DNA of 64,000 nt from Gemmatimonadota bacterium (GTDB lineage: Bacteria > Gemmatimonadota > Gemmatimonadetes > Longimicrobiales > Gaopeijiaceae). The notes beneath the pieces are model-generated. The model saw only the letters and a program-made list of their open reading frames with translations. It was not told the DNA's origin and did no database searches. Shown here in pieces: positions 30,118 to 39,587 of the stretch. The first letter of the stretch is position 1; each line of letters starts with the position of its first letter. The stretch covers positions 1,280,001-1,344,000 of the forward strand of contig JAXHMG010000003.1 of the NCBI GenBank assembly GCA_034521595.1, written 5' to 3'. Made by a program: the position numbers and the translations under genes.

Positions 30118-30177
30118 TCGAACCGGGGACCCCCTGCTCCCAAAGCAGGTGCGCTACCGGACTGCGCCACGCCCCCG
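30103..30177 (-). tRNA. tRNA-Pro(TGG); CCA not encoded; one extra G in the 5' acceptor strand
   Basis: CGGGGGCGTGGCGCAGTCCGGTAGCGCA-CCTGC-TTTGGGA-GCAGG-GGGTC-CCCGGTTCGAATCCGGG-CGCCCCGA. Confidence 0.9.
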
Positions 30178-30507
30178 AAACCCCCCTGTGACAACCACTT
30201 AGCATTTTCGCTATATGAGGTGATTTTGCAAACTGTGTCAAAAACTGTTGCAAACCTCATTCGCCGGTCACCGTACCGACCGACGAGGACAGGGCTCTTC
30301 GGGACCCGCTGAGCACGGATCCGAAGGCGCCCTGCACCGCCCAGCCTGCAGGCTGACCGACGCGAGCAACATTCGTCTCTCGGAGCCTTCGGGTCAACTC
30401 GATCGGGAGGCGCAGGCAAGGCCGGTGGGGGTAGCTCTGCGGCCATGCCGGCCGAAGAGAGGGCCGACGTCCGTAGCGGGAATAACGGTGCATGAACCGG
30501 TCTGGAC

Positions 30508-30538
30508 AAAAAAATCCCCCGGGTCGCAACCCGAGGGA
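30508..30538 (-). terminator. Rho-independent terminator-like hairpin
   Basis: Minus strand TCCCTCGGGT-TGCG-ACCCGGGGGA followed by seven T. Confidence 0.6.
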
Positions 30539-31142
30539 GGCCAGGGAGCCCGCGGACCCCACTGGGGATGATCACAACCAAGTTGTTGAATTCAGGCCCA
30601 GGATGCCAATCTCCACAACGAGTCGGGGGTTCACGATACGTCTACCGGTCCTCGGGCGTCCATGCCATTTCCGGTCAGCATCCCGAGACAGTTCTCGGCA
30701 CAGTTCCTCGCCCTCTTCGATGTTGGATGGGCAGCCCGCCCTGTTGTCGATCACCGGCGCCGGGATAGAGGCCGACCCTGGCCTGGACCTGCCCGCGGAC
30801 CATCTCGAATCGAACCCGAGCACTCTGACCTTCCCGGAAACCGAGTCCATCGTAGCCAACGATGTTCGTCGGTGCGGTCCGGCCGCGGATACTCCTTCAT
30901 CCATCACGGCGACCGGTCCGCACCACGGACAGACCCACGTCGAGTTGGGTCCGCCATCGATCTGTCCCCACCGACCGTACGGATACGTCTGCAACGTTTC
31001 GAGCAGCGCTCCGTCAGCTGTGTATCACCGCGCACCCGCCACGAGTAGAAGGCGTTGGAGAACTTACCCGGACCGTCGCCGCGAACACCCGACGGAGTTG
31101 GTACGGCGCGGCCCCGATCTTGTTTCCTGTTCACACGAGTAG

Positions 31143-31352
31143 CTAGGAGGCTCGCTTCCCTTCCCGGACGGAATCGGCCAGGAGCCGCAACGCTTCATTA
31201 ACAGCATCGCCGTCCTTGAATACTTCGGCTACATCGGGCGCGAGTACGATGACATTGCTTCCTTGGGCAAACCGCTCCGCATACTTGCCACGGACCGCAT
31301 CTGTGAAATCATACTCTTCGCGCATCTCGTCCGGGCCTTCACTCTTGCTCAT
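31143..31352 (-). CDS. BrnA-like antitoxin
   Basis: MREEYDF..AVRGKY....VIVLAPDVAEVF.....VNEALR, overlapping the 3' end of brnT. Confidence 0.8.
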   Translation of the reverse strand: MSKSEGPDEMREEYDFTDAVRGKYAERFAQGSNVIVLAPDVAEVFKDGDAVNEALRLLADSVREGKRAS

Positions 31353-31614
31353 AGGCATTGCGCTCGGCGGCTGTGGCCGAGCGGGCGCTGATGATTCGAA
31401 TCGTCTCACCGTCCTCGGAGTGCGCCACGACAACGAGTCGGTTCCGGTACGATACACCGACGAGGATGAATCGCTCTTCTCTCACAGAATGCTCTGGATC
31501 GGGGATCGTCAAGGAGAGCGGATCGCCGAACGCCGTCGCCGCCTCCTCGAAGTCGATGCCATGCTTCCTCCGGTTCGACTCGGCTTTGGCCGGGTCCCAC
31601 TCGAATTGGAGCAT
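31339..31614 (-). CDS. brnT: BrnT-family RNase toxin
   Basis: FEWDPAKAESNRRKHGIDFEEA...EER...IRIISARSAT..ER..Y. Confidence 0.9.
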   Translation of the reverse strand: MLQFEWDPAKAESNRRKHGIDFEEAATAFGDPLSLTIPDPEHSVREERFILVGVSYRNRLVVVAHSEDGETIRIISARSATAAERNAYEQE

Positions 31615-31857
31615 CAGACTCCTGGTCGAAACGGACGAGGGTAGCTGCGCTCCCTAACTCTGATTCGACCGACCCGCGTAAAGCTATCGGACGGCCGCTC
31701 ATGCCTGAATATCGGCCCCTCGCATCCTCCGTACGGAAATCGAGTGATCTCAAGTCCACCGTCGCCACTAGGTCGACCTTGCAGCCCCCCACAACCGCTC
31801 CACGGCGAGGCACCTGCGCCTGAGAGCCGGGCGGCTACGAGCACGCCTGCCCTCCGG

Positions 31858-32371
31858 TCAGTCGGGCGAAAGGGTGTAGGTGCCCTGGAAGTCCAAGTAG
31901 AAGCCCACTCCAGAGGCCATGTGGTTCCGGCCCGTGTGCGTGCCCTCTCCATCGATCCCCTCGAAACGCCCTGACCCGTCAATGTACTCGAATTCTCCCT
32001 CGAAGACGGCAAGCCTACCGTCTTCGCTGAGCGTATCCTCGCCCTCGAAACGACTCACGATGGTCGAGCCGTCTTCGAACGTCAGAATCTCGTAGCCGCG
32101 ATAGGTTCCCTCACCATTTACGTGGTCCAGCGTCTCGCTCGCGGAAAGCTCGGCAACCTGCCCGTCGTCCAGGAACGCGAGCCCCCTCACCTGCACCATG
32201 GTGACCGTGTGGCCCGGAACGTCGCCGACCTCGACGACCGTGACGTCCTCCGGGAGGACATGCCCGACGATGCGTCCCTCGATCGACTGCTGGGCGGCGA
32301 GTCGGGACGAGTAGCACGACCGTGAGGAGGACGAGAACTGCCCGCCAGCCGATCGATTGCGATCCGTACAT
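31858..32371 (-). pseudogene. Secreted beta-barrel (dirigent/allene-oxide-cyclase-like) protein gene with a frameshift after the signal peptide
   Basis: MYGSQSIGWRAVLVLLTVVLLVP in one frame, and LAAQQSIEG...FEGEFEYIDGSGRFEGIDGEG in another. Confidence 0.55.
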
Positions 32372-32884
32372 CAGAGCCTCCAGGAACTGGCCGGCAAGGT
32401 CCACTTGCTGCCCGCGCCGAGCGGGTTCAAGCGACGGAGCCATGGACTTCGGTGTTGGAGTCCGAGACCCGGTAGGGCAACGTCGCTCCGGCCCTATCTG
32501 GGGCCGCCTTCTCCGACATTGACGTTACGTCGCTCGGTCCTTCCGCGCCACAGGGAGCAGGAGGACGGTGGGAAAGCAGGCGAGAATGAGCATGGTCCGC
32601 TCTTCACGCGGCTTCCACACCAATCCCATTCGATCAGCGGCAAACCGCGTTGGGGTTGACACAGTGAGCCACTGACCGATAGCTGTGCAACGCCAGCCGC
32701 GCGACGGCGATCGGCCCTGCGAGGCCCGTTTGACAACGACTCACGGAACCGGCACTGTGGCTTTGGGAAGCTCTTCGAGCCACGCCTGGCAAGACCCTAC
32801 GCACGGGGCGAGTCGCCGTCCTTCGGTACGGCGTCACCATAGATACGGAGACGGTTTTCTGCCGCCCTTGCCAGGGGTCTATCC

Positions 32885-34330
32885 ATGTCGGATCTGACGC
32901 GTAGGAAGTTCGTTCGCGGGGCCGGTGCTGGCGCCGCCCTTCTGGGATCTCTCCCGTCCTCGAAAGCTGTGCGCCCGCGGATTCGGGCGGCGTGGACATG
33001 GGCGAGGGGTTCACACCGCCCACCGCGGCAGAACTCGAGCAGATCGTGGCTCATATGGGCTTCCAGATGAGCGCCCAGGAGGTGGAGTCCTACCAATTCG
33101 TCCTGACCAGCTTTCTACAGGGCGCCGAGGCCCTGGATGCCGAGGCGGTCCTCCCCGGGCTGAGATATCCCGAGCGGTCGAGCTCATCCCCACCGATGAA
33201 GAGAACCCGCTGGGTGCCTGGTACGTGCGGACCGAGATCGAGGGAGCGTCCGAAGGCCCCCTGGCGAGCCGGACGGTGGCGATCAAGGACAACGTCATGA
33301 TCGCGGACGTTCCGATGATGAACGGCACGTCGATCCTGGAGGGATACGTGCCGGACGTGGATGCGACCATCGTCGAGCGCATCCTGGACGCCGGCGGGCG
33401 CATCACGGGCAAGTCGGTATGCGAAGCGTACTGTCTGTCCGGCGGCAGCCACACGAGCGATCCCGGGCCGGTCCACAATCCTCACCGGCGCGGGTATTCG
33501 GCGGGAGGTTCGTCGTCCGGGAGCGCCGCACTCGTCGCCTCGGGAGCCGTCGACATGGCCATCGGATGCGACCAAGGCGGCTCCATCCGGCATGCCGTCC
33601 GCCGCCTGCGGCGTGTACGGGATGAAGCCGACCCACGGCTTGGTCCCGGACACCGGAATCCTCAGCTTTTATCCCGCTATCGACCACACCGGCCCCATGA
33701 CGGCCTCGGTCGGGGACAATGCCTTGTTCCTCGAAGTGCTCGCCGGGCCCGACGGAATCGATCCACGCCAGGGAGGCGCCAGCGTCCAGCCGTACCGGGA
33801 GGCACTGGGCCGGGGCGTCTCCGGGCTGCGGATCGGCGTGCTCGAAGAAGGGTTCGGCCACACGGGCCTTTCGGAGCCCGAGGTGGATGAGCGTGTGATG
33901 GCAGCGTGTGATCGCTTCCGTGCCCTCGGCGCCAACGTCGAGGAGGTTCTGGTCCCGCTGCACCGACCCCGGCTCCATACGCTGGGGCGCCTTTCCGCGG
34001 TCGCCGAAAACGTGTTCACCATGGACGGCCATGGGGTGGGTGCCAACGGGCTGCACGTGCCCGGGTTCCTGGAGGCCCAAGCCCACTGGCGAGACCGGAG
34101 GGACGACCTACCCCCAACGGTCAAGCTCTTGCTGATCTACCACGAGGTCCTTCGATCTCGGCATGGCTACCGGATGTACGCGCTGGGGGCGAATCGGGTC
34201 AGCAGGCTACGGGCCGCGTACGACCGCGCCCTGGAGTCGGTGGACCTGCTCCTCCTGCCCACGGTTCCGTTCAAGCCGCGCCCCCTGCCCGGGGAGGACG
34301 CCCCACCGGCGGAGCCAGGGCGGACGCCCC
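32885..34330 (+). pseudogene. Tat-exported amidase-signature enzyme, multiply frameshifted and 3'-truncated
   Basis: LTRRKFV Tat signal. Motifs VAIKDN, GGSSSGS, DQGGSIR and [10 protein letters not shown] are spread over several frames. Confidence 0.85.
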
Positions 34331-34469
34331 GGCATTGTCGGAGACTCCACTGGGGTGCGCTCTTCTCCGTCTGGACCGAGGTAGACTTAACGGCCTCGCC
34401 GGCTTGATACCGGCCGCGGAGCCCTGCCCCGGAGTCTTTTCGGTGATAGACAACCGTAGTCCAGCCAGT

Positions 34470-35040
34470 TCAAACATGATCGAACCAACCTTCGTCGATT
34501 TCGACGTCCTCCACGGTTCGGGTCTGAACCTGCACGCCGAGACCCAAGTCCTTGAGCTTATGAACGAGGAGCTCGCCGTCGATCAAGTCGATGGGTGGGG
34601 CACCATCCCTCGTGGCTTCTCTGCGAGCCTCCCGCGTGAACGCGCTGGTGGCGATGATCAGACCCTTATCTGCCCTTCCCATCATGGCCCCTCGGAAGTC
34701 CCGAACGACATCGGGCCCGATGGTTCCGGCGTACCGCTTGCTCTGGAACAGGACGGGAAAACTGATGAGGCCACCGATCCGGATGAGGCCGTGTCCATCG
34801 ATACCACCGTCTCCTGACCGCTTGGTCACTTCGACCTCGATGAATCCCGACTCGCGAAGGACCCGCTGGCAGAGTCGTTCGAAGGCAGTCGGATCCATGG
34901 CCCGAACAATCTCGAGGAGACGCGTCTCCCAGGCGTCGTCTGGCGCATCCGTGTCCTCCTCGACGCCCTCGCGCTCATCGGACGCAGGAGCCGTAAGCTG
35001 TTCAGACCGCACAACGCGGACGATCTCGGGCAGGCCAGCC
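34470..35040 (-). pseudogene. mrr: Mrr-family (type IV) restriction endonuclease, catalytic domain only
   Basis: FERLCQRVLRESGF, GDGGIDG, FQSKRY, IDLIDG. The N-terminal domain is missing. Confidence 0.75.
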
Positions 35041-35290
35041 GGACCCCGCATCGGCGAACAAGTCTTGGAAGTAGACTTGGCCTTCGGGATACATGGACTC
35101 TTCTATCGCGCGGCGCACTCGTTCCCGCAGGTCGGGGTCTTGCCCGAGAGCCACCGCAAAGGCCTGTGCAAGCCGCGGCAGTCGGGCACTCATCTCTTCA
35201 ACGCCGCCGACGGTTTCGAACAGGCGAGGCGGTTCAAAGACGGGGGCCGGGCCAGACACGTCGTCGGAACACGCGCCGAGCACCAAGAGC
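35041..35290 (-). pseudogene. Lipoprotein gene fragment
   Basis: VLGAC-SDDVSGP lipobox without an intact signal peptide. Abuts the mrr fragment. Confidence 0.4.
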
Positions 35291-35361
35291 GTGGAGACTG
35301 CCAGGCGTCGACGGGTTACTCTTGACCTGCGCCCACCACCCCCGACGGCGGTGGTGCAGCC

Positions 35362-38300
35362 CTACGTCACCTTCTCGATCCGCACCCGGGTGTCCAGGAA
35401 GACCGTCGCCCCTCCGGCGGGATCGACGAGGGGCATGCCCGCGAGCTCTTCGTCGTTTCGGCGCATGGCGTCGTTCACGCTGAACCCCCGGCTGAAGCGA
35501 CGCGGATCGGGGCGCACGGTGTCGCCCTCCGCCACGGGGCTGCTCATGCCGTGGAGGATGGGACTCACGAAGGAGCCGCCGGTCATGACCGATGCCGCGT
35601 CCTGGATCTGGAGGCGGCTGTTGCCCTGTTGCGTGTGCTTGAAGTGATGGGTGCCCGCAATGACCCCCCTGCGGCAACGCGGAGTTCGACGGGCGAATCC
35701 CTCGGAGGAGCCGCTGGGTGAGGAGATGCGCACCCGGTCTCCATCCTCGATGCCCAGCTCGGCCGCGTCGAGGGGGTTCACTTCGATGAAGTTCAGCGGG
35801 TGGATCTCTCCGGCCCAATAGTCGTAGGCGGTGCGCGCCTTGGTGCGCGTGGCCAACCGGAAGGTGACGATCCGGAAGGGATAGTCGGCATCCTCGTCTT
35901 CGATGCGTCGGCCGCGACCGTCCACCGCCGGAAGGTAGGTGGCACCTCCATGGTTCATCCGGCCCGTACCGGGCTGGCGGGTCGTGGCCAGAACCTCGTG
36001 CCAGATCTGGATGCCCACCGTGTCCGTCATACCCATCCCGGCTTTGAAGCGCCCCTGTTCGTCCCAAGCGTTCTCGGGAGGCTCGAAGTATCCACCCCTC
36101 GCCAGGAGGGTGCACACCTGGCGCCATAGGCCGGGTGTCAGCAGGTCCCGGTGCGCGGCCACGGGATAACTCCGTTCGACGTAGGCCACCTCTTCCGGCG
36201 ACGCTTCCGCAACGTTCGTATTCACCGCCAGATTCGCCAGAGCCCGCACGTAGTAGTCCTCCACCTTCTGCAGCGGAACCCGCTGCCCGTCCGGTCCGGG
36301 AATGGCTTCGGGGCCGTACCCCGGCATGTCCAGGCGCTCGGCCACATCGATGAGGAAGGTCTCGAGCAGCATGGGGCGTCCGTCTGGTGTCCGGTCCGTC
36401 AGGGGCTCCACCGCGGGTGTCCGTATCCCGATATGAGGCGCGGGACAGGCGCCCACCATCTGCTGCATGAACCCGTACTGACCGTCCAGGTACATCGCGT
36501 CGGGCACGATGTAGTCCGAGTAGATGCTGGTCTCGCTCACGGTGGTGTCGATGGAGATGAAGAGCGGAACCTTCTCCGGGTCCGTCAGGGTCTCGATGTA
36601 CCGGTTGCCTCCCGGAATGCTCTTGATGGAGTTGATGTAGTAGTTGATGAGAACCTTCGGACGGTACGGGTACCCTGTGGAGAAGGCCGCCGCCGCCTCG
36701 GTGGTGATCCCGGCATGGGTGAGGGGGTACCAGGGCCGCTGGGCGGGATAGGGGTCTTCACCCGCTTCGGCCTTCCTCCGGTACTCCGTGCTGTCCTCAT
36801 ACCGAACCGTGCTTCGGGCTCCGATGCGCGAGACGTGGACGCCCTCCGTGGTGGGCGCTTCCGCCACCTGGCTCAGGTTGAACAGGCCACTCTGCCAGGC
36901 GGGGGCGCTGGCCCTGGTGATGACGCCCCCCTTCCACCCGTAATTTCCGATGAGCGCGTTCAACATCTGGATGGCCAGGCCGCTGTAGACGCCATTGCTG
37001 TGCATGGTGGCGCCCCGGTAGCACGAGGCGGTGGCCGTGCGCCCGTGGCTCGTGAACTCCCTGGCCAGCCGCGCGATGGTGCCGGAGGGGATGCCGCAGA
37101 CCTCGGCCCAGCCCTCGAGAGAGCGCGAGAACGCGTCGTCGCGGAGGATCTGCCAGGCGCTCTTCACCCGCACCCCGTCCACCGTGGTGTCCACGAAGAG
37201 CTCGGCGGCCTGGGTGCTGTTGAACGGGACGGCGCCGGCAGACGTCATCACCATGGGCTCTCCCTCGCGCCGAAGCATCCGGTGGAAGTCGGGATGGCCC
37301 TCCTCGACGACCACCAGGTGGGTGCCGTTCGTCCAGGTGGGGTGTCCGGCGGCGTCGGCGGCCGCACGGCCGGGCCGGCTGATGTAGTCCCGGTCGAACC
37401 GATCGTTCTCCAGAATCCAACGGATCATCCCGAGCGCCAGGGCGGCGTCCGCGCCCGGCTGGATGGGCACCCACTCGTGCGCGTAGTGCCGCCCGTGGGG
37501 CACGTAGGGGTCGATGAGGACGAGCTTGCACTCCTTGTTCGCGTGCCGGTTCGCGAGGATGGGCGCCGACGTGTTCACTCCCGGCTTCCATCCGCCCCCC
37601 AGGTTCACCCCGAAGAACAGCATGTAGCTACTGTGGTTGATGTCTCCAAAGAGTTGGCTCGACGGGCGCGTCTCGCCTTCCCGGTATCGCCCTGTGAGGA
37701 GGTAGTTCGCGACGTACCAGTTCATCTGGCAGAGGTCGGTATGGCTCACGTAGTTGGCGGAGCCGAACGCCCCCATGAAGCGCTCGATGAAGTTCTGTCG
37801 CCCCGGCTGTCCGCGTCCCGTGTTCCAGACGAGGCCATAGGCTTGCGGCCCGAGCTCGGGTTGGGTGGGATCGATGGGATCGAAGTTGCGGACGGCGCGC
37901 AGCCCTTCCACCTCCCTGTCCTCTCCGGCCTCCTCGAACAGGCGCCCGCCCTCCACCACCTCGTCCAACAGCTGACTCCATGAAATGGGCTTGAATTGCC
38001 CGGAGCCCCGGGGTCCGGTGCGCTTGAGCGGGCGACGAATGCGGTACGGATCGTAGAGGTACTGAAGTCCGGAAACCCCTTTCAGGCATAGACTTCCGCT
38101 GGTGCGCAGCGACGCGTCCATCGGTGTCTCGTAGGCAATGGGGTTGTTCATCGTGGAGGCAGGGTGGTACGGGTTTCCGAAAAGGTTCCGGATCCGCCCG
38201 TCCCGGATCACCGCCCGGTTTCCGCATCGAGCGTCACACGACAGACAGATGCTGTGCACCACCGCGTCGGCCTGAGGTGGTGTGGGGCCGGGTACCCGTT

Positions 38301-39582
38301 TCCGGTAGAAGGGGCGAAGAACGGCCCCCAGGGTCGCGTATCCGGACACGGCGGCCAGTCCGGCTCCGGCGGCGAGTCCCACCACACGGCGGCGGTCGAA
38401 GCCCGCGTCGGCCGCTTCCTCGGGGGTGTCCGGTTTCTGGGTGCCCGTTCCGCGTCGCGGCCAGGGAAGGGCGTACCAGAGGAGAAATCCCACCACAAAA
38501 GCCCAGAGGACGAGGCCGGTGGCGGCGAACACGCCTTCGCGGCCCAGCCAATGGAGCGGCTCGAAAATGAATCCCTCACCCGTGCGAGAGATGCTCTGCC
38601 CGCCGATGATGAGGTTCCATCGGCTCATGAACAGCCCGAACAGAGCCAGAAGGCCGCCGGCCGCCCCGAGCGCCCCACTTCCCCTTACGGCGGCCGCACC
38701 CAGCAGGGCCAGGGCCACTGCCCCTCCCACCAGGAGCTCCCCACCCACATACGTGCCCGCGAAGAGGTCGAAGTGGAGCGTGCGCACCGCGGGCCAGATG
38801 AAGTTCTCCACGTAAGCCGCGTGGGCGAGGTCCCAGAGCCGGAGTGAGAGGTGCACGGCCAAAAACGCCGCTCCGCTTCCCGCCAGCAGCCGGGTCAGAT
38901 CCCGCTCCTCTCGCAGGACGGCCGAGAGGCCGGTCAAGACCGACATCCATGCGAAGCCCGACGCCAGGGCTGCAACCCCGAAGAAGACCCCGAGCAGGGG
39001 TGTGTACCAGAGGCCGAAGGAGCGCATGGTGCTGAGGAGGAAGCCCGTGTAGAACACGAAGAGCACGGCCGCGGCCACCGCGGCCAACGCCACCCAGAAC
39101 CGCACTTCGCGCCGGTCCAGCCAGAACGAGCGCTCGGGCGTGTAGCCCCTTGCGGCCAGCCCGTAGAGGCGCCCCAGCCAGTCCTCCCGATGTCCCGCGG
39201 CTTCAGCCAGATACGGGCGGTGGACCAGCCACAGGACCCCGAAGACGAGGGCCGTGAGCACGATGAGGGTCACGCTTCCATACGGCATGGCTGACGGGAG
39301 ATGCGGGGCGAAGAGCACCCGCCACATCCTCAGTGGCTGACCCAGGTCCGCGATGACGGCCAGGGGGATCACCGTGAAGCATGCGGCTGCCGAGACGACC
39401 GCCAGGCGGCGCACCTCCCGAAGGGCTGGACGGTCGAACACCCCGCGCAGCCAGGGCAGAACGCCGATGATGAGGCTTCCGGCGCCCACACCGGAGAGGA
39501 ACATGTACGTGACCACGATGAGCCCCCACCGGACGTGCTCGTTGGGGAGTACGTAGTTCGGATCGAAGACGAGGTAGTCCAT
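35362..39582 (-). CDS. Fusion of an NrfD/PsrC/TtrC-type membrane anchor with a tetrathionate-reductase-like molybdopterin catalytic subunit
   Basis: About nine TM helices with ADLGQP..W and YTGFLL. Then FDRRRVVG, CLSCDARC...GNPYHP...LCLKG, SHTDLC, and a C-terminal molydopterin-binding domain. Confidence 0.88.
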   Translation of the reverse strand: MDYLVFDPNYVLPNEHVRWGLIVVTYMFLSGVGAGSLIIGVLPWLRGVFDRPALREVRRLAVVSAAACFTVIPLAVIADLGQPLRMWRVLFAPHLPSAMPYGSVTLIVLTALVFGVLWLVHRPYLAEAAGHREDWLGRLYGLAARGYTPERSFWLDRREVRFWVALAAVAAAVLFVFYTGFLLSTMRSFGLWYTPLLGVFFGVAALASGFAWMSVLTGLSAVLREERDLTRLLAGSGAAFLAVHLSLRLWDLAHAAYVENFIWPAVRTLHFDLFAGTYVGGELLVGGAVALALLGAAAVRGSGALGAAGGLLALFGLFMSRWNLIIGGQSISRTGEGFIFEPLHWLGREGVFAATGLVLWAFVVGFLLWYALPWPRRGTGTQKPDTPEEAADAGFDRRRVVGLAAGAGLAAVSGYATLGAVLRPFYRKRVPGPTPPQADAVVHSICLSCDARCGNRAVIRDGRIRNLFGNPYHPASTMNNPIAYETPMDASLRTSGSLCLKGVSGLQYLYDPYRIRRPLKRTGPRGSGQFKPISWSQLLDEVVEGGRLFEEAGEDREVEGLRAVRNFDPIDPTQPELGPQAYGLVWNTGRGQPGRQNFIERFMGAFGSANYVSHTDLCQMNWYVANYLLTGRYREGETRPSSQLFGDINHSSYMLFFGVNLGGGWKPGVNTSAPILANRHANKECKLVLIDPYVPHGRHYAHEWVPIQPGADAALALGMIRWILENDRFDRDYISRPGRAAADAAGHPTWTNGTHLVVVEEGHPDFHRMLRREGEPMVMTSAGAVPFNSTQAAELFVDTTVDGVRVKSAWQILRDDAFSRSLEGWAEVCGIPSGTIARLAREFTSHGRTATASCYRGATMHSNGVYSGLAIQMLNALIGNYGWKGGVITRASAPAWQSGLFNLSQVAEAPTTEGVHVSRIGARSTVRYEDSTEYRRKAEAGEDPYPAQRPWYPLTHAGITTEAAAAFSTGYPYRPKVLINYYINSIKSIPGGNRYIETLTDPEKVPLFISIDTTVSETSIYSDYIVPDAMYLDGQYGFMQQMVGACPAPHIGIRTPAVEPLTDRTPDGRPMLLETFLIDVAERLDMPGYGPEAIPGPDGQRVPLQKVEDYYVRALANLAVNTNVAEASPEEVAYVERSYPVAAHRDLLTPGLWRQVCTLLARGGYFEPPENAWDEQGRFKAGMGMTDTVGIQIWHEVLATTRQPGTGRMNHGGATYLPAVDGRGRRIEDEDADYPFRIVTFRLATRTKARTAYDYWAGEIHPLNFIEVNPLDAAELGIEDGDRVRISSPSGSSEGFARRTPRCRRGVIAGTHHFKHTQQGNSRLQIQDAASVMTGGSFVSPILHGMSSPVAEGDTVRPDPRRFSRGFSVNDAMRRNDEELAGMPLVDPAGGATVFLDTRVRIEKVT

Positions 39583-39587
39583 GGTGA

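Noticed and set aside
30508-30600. Branched-chain amino acid attenuator (LVVII followed by a terminator)
   Set aside because: No clear leader start and stop, and no biosynthetic gene downstream.
30492-31142. 216-aa ORF and overlapping ORFs
   Set aside because: No motifs or clear codon bias. Probably decayed sequence.
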